Shown here: piece after piece, positions 44,066-56,500 of the stretch
Position numbering within the stretch: the first letter of the stretch is position 1
How the letters are laid out: each line of letters opens with the position of its first letter
DNA from: Chrysomallon squamiferum
Taxonomy: Eukaryota; Animalia; Mollusca
Direction: 5' to 3'
Assembly (NCBI GenBank): GCA_012295275.1
Contig: CM022670.1
Span: forward strand, 6,696,001 to 6,760,000
DNA: 64,000 bases
Notes under the pieces: generated by a model
The model's database searches: none
Seen by the model: the letters and a program-made list of their open reading frames with translations, nothing else
Told to the model about the DNA's origin: nothing
Made by a program: the position numbers and the translations under genes

Positions 44066-47000
44066 AAGAAACTTAATTAGATTCTAAAAATACAGCTTTC
44101 AGTTTATATCATGTTATCTTGTTTACTAAATAATGAACCTTAATTAAAACATGGATTACAGAATAATACCTAATTGAATATTTATTAACCTGAACATTGT
44201 TACAATGGAGAATTATCTTGTGATTATTATTTTGTGATTTTTGAGGAAGTTAGAAGATACAATATTTTTCAAACATTAAGCTTCAAGGGTTGATAGAATT
44301 GAAATTTTCATTAATACTTCTACAACTGATAAGAATATTAATGTTCACAATCAATACTCTCTCCTTTGCTACATCCTCTATCGAATTTGAAAAATGGTTG
44401 TTTAATTTACCCTTCGCTATGACTGATTGATCAGTGCCTATATTGATTTTGCTGTAGCGTCTGTGTCTAACAAAATCAATTGGTGATGCAAGTGTCCATA
44501 TTGCATTCAATACTTTTGTTTGCTTCATGTGTCTCATTTATAAATATTTTTTTCTTTTTTTCTTCAATGGTTTAGCCTTCTGGTTATAGAACTGGTTCAT
44601 TTATAGATTTGTTACTGACAGCTGGTGATGATCTAACCATCATGCAGGTGGTTTATGTTTGAGCTTATGAAAACTATTCTTCATAATGCAAAATAAAAAC
44701 AAAACAAAAAAACATGCAGAAGAAAATTGCCTTTTTAACGTGAGAAAGCATAAATGTTTTGTACATATGAGTGTGCATGTGTTTCTGTTTATGTTTGCAT
44801 ATTTAAAAGCTTTATGGATGTATGAGTATGCATGTAAATGTACATACCTATTTATGAATACCTTGGTATGGCATTGTTGTAGTGTTTTATTATTTTCTTT
44901 TAATTTCAAACCAGACTTGTCAGATATCTGAAAACTTAAGTGACTGATATACATTTAATATAGCTGCTGTAATATTTGACTTTTTTTATTATTGTTATTT
45001 TCTTTTAATTTCAGATAATCAACACTGTGTGCTTGTATAAATAAACTATAAAACTGTGTAGTTCAGTTTTCTGCATTTATATTTTTTGGTAAAAACAAAT
45101 AAAACTGATAGATGCTGCTGAACAGAATGGTCACTAGAATTTTATAATTTCTCAGTCTTAGTTTATTAATCAGTATTTAACCATGCTAGTGCTTAACAGT
45201 TCTACATATTATTGTAGCCTTTGTTGATACTTCAAAAATATTGTAAAAATATTCATATGTTTTCTGTTAATTATGTTACAAAGTGGTATAGATTATTGTT
45301 TTCAGATATTCAGGACATGAAACAAAGCACACAGCCTGTTTGCATTCTGTTAACACCTTTTTTTGCTGTTATATGTGATCAATAATAATAATGGATAAAT
45401 AAGTTGACAAACATACACCTGACACACCAGACATTTGTTATAATAAACCTTTTGCTTTAGAGATACCAAATTTATTAACCAGAGATTTACTTATCATATG
45501 TTATTTTTTAACTTTCTCTGGCATTGCTATCATGTATTAATCTGTTCCCTCTGATATTAATGCCGTTTTTTTTTTTTTTTTTTTTTCTTCCATGTAATAT
45601 TGTCTATGGTAATGCTATCATGTATCATTTTAAAAACACTAACCTATGGCATATTGAAGAGATAAGCATACTCTTATTTCAGATTTGATGAGCATAATTA
45701 TCATACATTTAACATTTACTGCCATTTATCCTTGATATATTTGTTCCTACTGTACCATGACTGTTTTGAAATATTAACTGTTTATACAGTAAACAGACAG
45801 AATGGTTCCATTTTTTAAAACAATTTTTAAGTCAATAACCTTTAACATGCCATTGTCCATTTAAATAAAAATGTCATTGCAGTATTATTTTTTTTTTTTA
45901 AATATATGACTTAATTCTTGACCACATGTTTAGATTTAATAACAGATAGGTTGTAATACACTGGTAGTTTTAAACAATCTATTATTCACATACTTATTTT
46001 ACATAAAATAAATCATGAATAGTATATTCTTCAATACAGCATCTGTTTTAACTGTCACTTTAACAGTCAGACTATAAATTATAATGACATTTTTTTAGAC
46101 TTAATTTCAGAAGATAAACCCTATTATAACTTGAATTACTTGTCTGAGTTAATATTTCAAGTCCATTAACAAATTATTTCCAAATGCTTTTGAATTTTAA
46201 TTAATCCCAAAGACACTTGATTTAGCTCAACATTATCTGAATATTGATGATAGTTAATAAATACATAATAATTCTGAGTTTAAAAAAATAATAATAATAA
46301 TTAATTAAAAAAAATAGAAAAAAAAATAGAAAAAAAGTTAAAATAAAAAATAAAATAATAATAATAAACTTAAAATGTTTCCTTAAAAGCTGTCATTATT
46401 TTTACTCCATTCACAGCACCAAACCTGAATCGAAGAACCATTTCTTGTCAGTAAGAAAGTACATTTAGAAAATCCATTGTTATTCATTTTAATGGATTGG
46501 TAGGCTAAGGCCATATTTTCATTAAGGAAAAAGCATTTGCTCAAATGACATCACAATGTTTTTCAAGACACAGGTTTTTAACTAAGATAATGTTTATTTT
46601 TATTTTTATTATTGCAGATTTCTTTATGTTATCAAGTGATTAAAAATACTTACACCAGAAGAAAAAGCATCTGTGTTAGTGACACTCACTTCGAAGCTCT
46701 AATTAAATTATGTGGTGAGTCAGCTAAAAAATAAACAATTTGATTTGTTACTTTAGGAGAACATTTTTAAAAAATTTTAAATTTATTTCATTATTATGTT
46801 AAAAAAAAAAAAAAAAAAAAAAAAATCAAAATTCAAAGTGCATGCATAATAAATAAATAAACAAAATAAATAATTAATTAATCAGTTAATACTGATAACA
46901 ACTTATTAACAGGTTTTTTTTTCTTTTTAGGTGAACTTTATGACCAAGATGCTGACACACTACAGATTAAAGTTATTAAATATGTATGTGTTAAACATTT

Positions 47001-48604
47001 TGTTATATATGAGTTTTTAAATTATGGCAGTTCTGATTGTTTGTTTTGTACTTCATTTTTCCTTGAGCCAAGCTAAAACAAATGAAATTTGGTAGATATC
47101 AGGTAATATAATATTATGTATTAACAAGATAATTTTAAATGAAATTTCGTTTCTGATTTGATAAGCTAGTGAAAAACATATTTTATTATTATTATTATTA
47201 TGGTAATTTAAAAGAATATTTGTCTTATTCCATGTTTTTTATAATATTATTGATGTTTTGATTTATTTAACAAATCAGTGCTTATTTGTTTATAATTCAG
47301 TATTGAACTTTGCAAGAAAAACTAGCATCAATGGAATGAAAATAACATTCATTATTTACAGTACTTTACAATAATATATAAAATCAAACAGCATCTGTGT
47401 CTGTATTTGACTTTTTATATATCTGTTTTGGTTTTAAACAGGCTAATATTTTAAACACACTCACATACATATCAAACTAACAGACACACACAGAATCACA
47501 TACCACATACACTAATACATACATACAGTTACAAATATATATCAAATTAATGGAGACACTCACCTACACATTTTAATACACACACACACTTTTTCACACA
47601 TTTACATAAATTTAATGGATTCACATATTTACATGAGATTTTTTTGGTTACAGTTAGAACAACGAACTCAGGCTCAGAGTGCGTTTTTAGTGTTGGTTGT
47701 ACCAGATTCATCTGAACTCTTTTGTCAGGTTTGCATGCTTATTATTAATTTCTTTATAACAGTGAATATTTTTAATGTGTTACCAGTAACAGTACATCTG
47801 AACTTGCAAACTCTTGCAGTAATTATGTTTTTAAAATAAAAATTAGTTTTTTCTAATGATTAATTTTTCAGTTAGTAGTCAATGATTTTGAAATTTTTAT
47901 CCACTGTACCTTTGGTTTGAAATAATTGGAAGTAAAAGCTAAAATGTCAGAATATCCATTTGTATTATTTGTTTTTTACTGAAATTTATTAACTTTGTTT
48001 TTATTTCATAATTAATTATTTTATTTCAATTTGGAATTTTTTTTTGTTTTTTTACCTGTATTTTTATTTGTGAGAGCTACAGTTTTATCACATGAATTTA
48101 TTTCCATTTGTATAATGAATGTGACATTTTTAATTTATGATTTAAATTTTATCTAATTAATGCTGTAATTTAGGTTGTGGGAAGCAGAATTTTACCACAT
48201 GAAGTCAGATTTCCAGTAAGTTCAATAATTCAGAAAATATATTTTACAAGCAGTATATTTAATTTTTATTTTTAACATTTTCTAAGTTAAAAAGTTAATA
48301 GCAGTAACAAAAATACTGGATTAATCACCCATTCTGTTATACTGAATTAATTATACTGGGTTAATTAACAGTTCTGTTATATTGGATTAATTACACATTT
48401 GGTTATACTGGTATAATTACCCATTCCGTTATACTGCCTTAGTTTTCCATCACCAGTTCTGTTGTACCACCAAATTGATTACTGTTCTATTATCATAGAT
48501 TGATTTTCCATTCAGTTGTCATGGAGACTAGATAACAAGTTTGGGAAATGTTTCATGCTGTTCATTTTGCAAGTGGCTCATTAAGTATAAAAAGTAAAAA
48601 AATA

Positions 48605-48635
<31 letters not shown>

Positions 48636-49387
48636 ACTGGTTTGCTTTATTACATGCATTTTCACAGATTAAATAGTACTGAATGTATTTTCAATTTTAA
48701 AAAAGGCTGATGAAAAAAGTTCCGTTTTACAGACCCTTTGTCAATGTAATAATAAAACAAAAATTAAAATTACATTTAGACACATTTTACTATTAAGTAT
48801 GTAAATATCAACATCTACATTTTTAAGATATTCAGTGTTTTTATTTATTAAAAATAAGAAAAGAAAAGGATTTTAAAACCATAAGAACAGAAATGGACAG
48901 CCTGCATAAAAATAGTTTGTTCTTTTAAAAATTTCTTTTAATTTTTGAATTAACATATATTTGACTTTACTGTGTTCGCTGTTCGGGATATTTTTTTTAA
49001 AACAGATGTTTACCTACTTAACCTGTGTCATGTGTAAGCATTTACATACATAAGTCATTCATTTTTTTTAATTATTATTATGTTTTTTTAAAGCATATAT
49101 ATATAAACCCTAAATATTAATTAACATCATTTGAAATAATTCAATAATATAGTCATTGATTTGTAAAATGAACTTGGATTTAAAAATATGAAACATGATT
49201 CAGTTTTACAGTTGTTTTTGAATATAGATCAATTATTTAAATAGTATTAAAATTTATTTTATTGTTTTGTCAGATCTGTCAAAAATAGATATGGTGGTGT
49301 TAAAAATAGATATGATGGTGTGTGCAATGTATTTGTATATAATATGACTAGGTTTTCTATTGCTTTGTTTTTGAATTATTCAGTACT

Positions 49388-49436
<49 letters not shown>

Positions 49437-50555
49437 TAGATATAAAAATTAGAAGAAAAAGAAATAGTACTAGTTTTTCAAATAAACAAAAACAGTACAA
49501 CAGAAAAAAAGAAAAATAACAACAAAAACAAAACAAACACAAACAACAGTGAAATAACATTTTTGGAGCACAGACAGCACAGAAGAGGATTTGCCACAAA
49601 AATTATTTTACTGCAATACTCTTTAAACATAAATCCTTTCTGTTACAATCTGATTAATTATTTAGTTTACAGGATGTCAGCATTTATTATTTTTATTCAT
49701 TTTCATTAGAAACATTTATGGGGAATTTAAATTTACAAGGTAAGATAAGGTTATATAAAAATTTTAAAAGAAAAATGATATTATGATTTGGACATGACAG
49801 ATAGTTGGTGATACTGTAAACTTAGTCATTAAGATTTAAAAATGATTTTATTAAGAAACTGTTAATATTCAGTTTAAGTTGTTCTTTGATTTTAAAATGG
49901 TATTTCTTTTATTTCAGGGACAACAGAGTCCATTTTCAAAAGCCATGGAAACAAAGGAACCTATTGGCTGGGATGAAATTTCACAGGTTTGAACAAGATT
50001 TGTATTTTTATTTATTTATTTACTTATTTTATTTTTAATTTTTAATTTTTTTTTTTAATATTTTTTTTTTGGTAAACTTAGTTACATCATTTAAGTAATG
50101 TATTAAAATAGATTATAAATAGATTATTCATTAATTTGATTTTAAATGATGCCTTTTTAGTGTTATGTTTATTTATTTATTTATTATTATTATTATTATT
50201 ATTGTTTGTTGTTTTTTGGTGGGGTTTTTTTTATACTGTGACAGTAGTGAAAAATTGAGTTTTTGTATTTTTATTTATTTGCCAAAGAATTTTTCTTTTT
50301 CTTATTATTTTCTCCTTTTTTATCATTAGGACATGTGCATGTTATTGGAGAAAATTAAAAAATGTTCTTTCTTACTTAATTTAATCATACATAAAGAGCT
50401 GTATCCATAACTCTAATTTAGTATCAGCAAAATGTATTTGATAAAATTTTCATGAATGTTTTATGCAAAATTTCAGCTGAGGCAATAAAAATGGTAAAAT
50501 GATAAAAATAAAAAAGAGAATATTCTAAAATAAACCCAATGACATATTTAAAAAA

Positions 50556-50589
<34 letters not shown>

Positions 50590-53500
50590 TAAAATGACAA
50601 TGAAAAATTAAAAATACTTAAACAAAAATAATAAAATCACAACCTCTTTCCTATATACTGTAGATTATTTGTTTGTGTTTGTTGTTATTTAAGGATCAAC
50701 AGGCAATGGTGGAAGAGTTGGCAGGAATGAAAATCCGATCTCTGTTGTGTGTTCCTGTGAGGAGGAAAGGCAGTGAAAACCTTGTTGCTCTTGCTTGTGT
50801 GATAAACAAAAAAGGAACAATAGGGTTTGTATGATCTACACCTACAGGGCTTTAGTTTTCAACAACCTTTCTCTTGACATCTCTGTCACTTGTTGCATCG
50901 AGTCTATGTTGACGTATTAAAAATAATATTGCCTACTAATTTGATCTTGCTTAGCCTTCTCAAAAAAGTTTGAAAGTCCTGACAGCTTCATTTTACTCCA
51001 CTAATCGTTCTTTTTTACCCATTTTTTTAACTTGATCCTGAAACCATGCAGTAATATAAACATTTGTTTTTGTATATCTAAATTATCTGTACATTAAAAA
51101 AACATAAGTAGAAAGATAACTAAATATCTAAATTTCTCACATGGCCTGTTTGATTTTTGTTGCCTTAGATTATATTAGATAATTTAAGAAAAATCAGTTA
51201 GTTGCTTTGCAAGAGATCAGTTGTAATTAGAATTAAAATTGAAAGTAAAAGACACATTTTTCATTCAAATTTAGAATATTAATTGATTTGTTTTGATGCA
51301 CATATATTTTATTGATATAATATTTTTTACTTTTGACTTGTTTTATAATTGGTGAAAAATAATGTACAGAGAACGTTGATTCATGATAAGTCAGAAATTG
51401 ACACTATTCACTGTATTTTTCTACTTAATGCAATACTTACTAACTATATTGTTTGGTAACAAAACTTGTCTGTTCTGTTTTTGTTGAAAACAGAAACAAA
51501 TATTGGGAAAACAAATCACTTGACATTAGCCAGTATTTGAATTTTCTATAGTTGCACTCAAACCATGCTCCTTGTGACTTTAATTTGTGAAAAATATTGT
51601 AAGTGGTTTGACATCACTATATTAGGTAAATAACTGCTAGTCATTTCGCTTTACATCACTTTAATATGAATGAATTAACTTTTAGTTTCACAAGTGAAGA
51701 CATTCATGGAATTCGCCAGTGTTTTCAGTATACTGCTACTGTCTTGACAAGCACCTTGGCATTTCAGAATGAAAGAAAACTGAAGGATCAGACACAGGTG
51801 ACTTATATTTTTTATTATGCTTTTAAATATTATTTCATTTGTTTGTTTCTAATGCTGTACTGAACCTTTTCAATAACAAAAATGAAAAAAATAATAATAT
51901 AGAAAATGATTTATCACAGAATTTATTTATTAAATATTTTCTCATCATATCCTCAAAAATCTATTAAAAAAAGAAGAAAATAATGGGATCCCACTGTTAG
52001 AAAAGGTAAATTAAATGACAAAAATAAATAAATTAGTAGATAAAAAAAGAAGAAATTAAAAAATATAAAATTAATTAATAAAATAAGACCCATGCACACA
52101 AAAATCTCAAAGAAATGAAAAAAGATTAAAAGAAACAAATAAGTGGTATTAAAAACTCTCAGATAGTATTTTTTCATTTGAGAATTCTAATTATTATAAT
52201 TGTTTCCTTAATATTTTTGTAACAATTATTTCAGGCCCTGCTGCATGTGGCTAAAAAGCTGTTCACTCGATTAGGTAAGATTCCCTTTCTCTATGATAAG
52301 CGTACAGATGATGGTATATTCTCCCGGTATTTTCATAAACCAGTTGGTCTGAATGAACTTCATTTAGTAGAAAGTTATAATGATGTGCATGATGCCGAAG
52401 ATTTTGAGTTTGTAAGCAGGGATAATCAAAGAATTGTCATTAGCACATTAATGCCAGAGTTGATGGAAAGCATAGAGAAACAGTTGGAGTACCAAGAAAA
52501 GGTTGCAGATAGTCTTCTGGATACCTGTATTCAAAAGACACAAAAACGAAAATATAGAATTCATCCCAAACTGAAATCTTCAAATAGCAAGCGACCTAAA
52601 GATTTGGAGAGTTTTTCTGTTGATAAAGATAGTAATGCATCACCATACAAGAGGAAAACCAGGACAGTATTTGCTATGGAATCAGGACATGGTGATTGCT
52701 CTGTAGGTACAGACACAGATCCAGTATTATCAAGCAGTGGGGAAGATGTTAGTCAGAAATGGTTCAGCCCGTATGATTCAAGTAACTGTCAGCCACTTAG
52801 TCCAGTTTCCAAATCTAATTCTGAATGTGACTTGCCTCATTCCGAGTTGGAAACAATGTATTACGATGTGTGGTCAAAAATGACTTTCAAACCATCTTGG
52901 AAACTTTCTGTGTCAGACTCTTGTCTTCTCAGAAAATCTGTTAGTGTTAGAGAAAGTATTGGGGACAAAATAACATTGGGTACATGTGTGTTACGAATAT
53001 CAAAGAGTGAACCAGTACTGAAATACATCAGTAATCATTTCTCAAGTCCTTGGAACAGCAAGAGCTGTCTAAACCTGGCTTTCTTTGAACCTGAAATTTG
53101 TGACAGTCTGTCCTCTGACAGTGACAGTACAGAGTCTGTGCACACACCACAGAACACAGATCACAAGACTGCTGTAATTGTGGTAGAAGATGTAGACTCT
53201 AGTAGCAAACACACTGTAACAACTAAACCCTCTCCTTCTGTTAGCAGTGTTTGTATAGATGACATACTCACTGAAGAAGACCAAATCACATGGACACCTA
53301 ACACTTGTCTTATAAAATCTATGCAGCCACCAAAGGCAGACGGCATTCTTTTTGAGCTAAGTAGGTTGTTGAAACAGTTTAGAGATACTGGACTGTTCAA
53401 GTTCTTGTTCTTCTTAACCCTTTAGTTTTGATGGACCAATATTTCTGCTGTACAGCTAGAGCCAAAAAATCACAATCTAAACAGTTAATCCATCTATGTA

Positions 53501-56500
53501 AGTAAAACTGTTTGCTGTTGACTGGTTATGAGCCAGTAAGATTCCCAGAGACATCAGCACCAAAAAGTGCAGTAGTTTAGCTTTTCTTGTTCATTTCTAC
53601 ACTTTTTGGCTATATCAGCATAATATGGTCAGTGCTAAAAGGGTTAATCTGTTATTAAACAATGCTGTTATCTCTAACACATTTTATTTGAATGTTGGTT
53701 TTTTGTATTCTTTCTTTTCTTTTTTCTTTTTTTGGTTGATTATTTTTACCTAAATGTTTCTAAAAATGTTCTGCAATGTAAAGCCATTTGCATTTGAAAA
53801 AACATCAATAGGGTCATTCTGTGTCAAATCACCCAGTGGGTTAAACCCGACCATCTCAGATACTACTGGGCCAATCTTCATAAAATTGGTATTGTTGAAA
53901 AGGCAATATGACACGGATTCCATATCTGCCATTATTGTTCAGTTTGGAGAATATTGGGGTACACTGACCTTTTGATCTTTGTAATGACCTTGAAATTGAC
54001 CTGGTGGATCACATTACCTCGAGATGACACTGAATGACCCAGTACCTTTATTTTTAAAGTTGTTTTTTTTCAAATCTTTTAATTATAAATATTAAATCTG
54101 GATATAACACAAAGTTTTAAAAATTATCATTTATATGCATAATACAGAACTATTAATAAAAGTACCTTAACATTAATAAAACTTGTATTTTATATAATAA
54201 ATAGTGTCATTAATGAAATTATTATTAAACATATAGAATATGATAACCATTATGTATTTAAAAATACATTTTTACTTCAAGAATGTTTTGTCTAAAATGT
54301 ACTTTATTCATGTGTTTTATGTTTTGTTTATTTAATTATTTATTTCAATGTTTATTGTTTTAAAATTTTCAGATTAGACATCTGACTTATGTAGGGGCTT
54401 AAAGTTAAAACAAATATTAAAATGTTGATAATATAATAAAATAATAATAAAAATGTTAATAATTATTTAGAATAATAATAATAATAATAAATATGAGATG
54501 CTTTATTAAAATAAATTATTTTTTGCTGAATCATTAATTTCAATTAAAAAATGAAAATGAACAGGAACATCATAACTGAGACAGTGTAAATTATCTGAAT
54601 ATTCATTAGTTCACTTGCATAGAAATGTTAATTAAGGGCCTGTATAAATTAATATTATAATTACTTATTTCTAAACACAAGTATTTATGTCTTCTTAATT
54701 ACAGATGATCTCACAAAATTATTGCGAGAAATTATGCAAGAAGCAAGAAACTTGACAAATGCTGAGAGGTGAATAAATAATTTTATATCAATGTCTGGAT
54801 ACTGATTTAAAGTGCAGTTCATAAAACCATCCAGTTGCTAATAATAAAGTGTGAAGGTATTACAGTTAGTCAGTATCTTCAAGAACTGAAGGCAAAAACA
54901 AATATAATGGTCTGGCACTTTTTTTACCTTTCACTCTGAACTCATGTATAATCATATTGTTAGATAAGAAGTGTTCACTTGAAAACACTCAGAATCTCTT
55001 TAGACATTTAGTTACATGACCACATATACATAAAAAGTTTAGAAATTACTGCAATCAAAGTTTTAAATGAGTTGCTTTTTTTTTCTCTCACAACAGAGTT
55101 GACAGTAATTTATTAGTATAAATCTGATTGTTGACATAACTGTAAATGTTTTCTTTGTTTGTTGTTTTTTTTTTATCAAAATCTTACAGGGTGAAATAAA
55201 GTTTTATTTTCTCTCTACAGATGTTCTGTATTCCTTATTGATGATGAAACTGATGAGTTGGTTTCCAAGGTTTTTGATGGAATCAGTGCCAATGACAGTG
55301 AGGTATAATTATATTTAATCTTGGAAAATTAATCTATGTTACATACCTGTCCTCTCTGAAAGACCACTGGTTTTTATCGATATAGCTGTAGTATTTAAAT
55401 TGTAGTTAATATTTTACTGCTCAAATACAGGTATTCAAATATATTTTCAAATTCATACATACAGGAGATATGTGAAATAGTTACAATAATTGATATTTAA
55501 GTTGACAATTAGAAAACATTTATAATGAACAGAACAGCATGAAGAACTGAAACCTATATATGCATAAACAGCAAACAAACAAAAAAAGATCAAAATAACC
55601 ATAATTTATAAAAAATATTGTAGTAACAGATGTTTATTATTTTTCTGAACCTTGAACCAGACATTCCAATTAATGAAAACCTCTCTTTGCCTTTGTTTGA
55701 GGTTCAGCAGGAAATCCGAATGCCAAAGATGCAGGGAATAGCAGGTCATGTGGCAACCACAGGTAAAATCTTAAATACAAATTTAGTCATTTATTGAAAA
55801 TTTTGATAATACAATTTTAAAATATTTATTTATTTATTTTGATTTATATGAATGATTTTAATGTAAATATTTAGATCTAATAGAAATTATTATTTACAGA
55901 TTGGTGCATCATCTATTGTATGCACTGTTGGCATTTTCACATTAACCAAAATCTTGGATTTCAGATGATTTATAAAATGTATAATCACTGAAAGCGGATA
56001 TTTAAATGGAAGAAAGGTTTTTGTTGTAAGATTAATTTTTTAAAAACACCTCGCAGCAAATATTGACAGAAAGAGATGTAACAGGGACTGATGTGAAAAA
56101 TATAAAGTACAGGTTGGCATCACAAGACACTGTTAGTTATGACAACCTTGCCTTTAACAGACTTTCTTATGTTTATATGAAATTGTATAAGGTATTAATG
56201 ATTATCTAATGTTTTACACACATATACTCCTCACACACACACACACACATTGCTTTTTGTTATAATACATTATTTTGTTGTAATAAATGTTATATTATTA
56301 TAATTTATTTTTTTGTGGTATTTTATTATAATTACTACGTTTTCTGTAATTACTCTAACTTTTCAGACTGATAATAAACATTTTCTTTTCTTTTAAATTA
56401 AAATCTAATCATATATTTTGTTTGATATAAAATATGATTTACTTGATATTTTAGGAAATCTTCTGAACATCACTGATGCCTACTCTCATCCTTTGTTCTA

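Noticed and set aside
53330-53395. [13 protein letters not shown] as the start of a PDE10/PDE5-like GAF domain
   Set aside because: The similarity is too short and no GAF motifs follow.
53069-53400. Antisense ORFs overlapping the long intronic ORF
   Set aside because: Short shadow ORFs expected opposite a coding-like strand.
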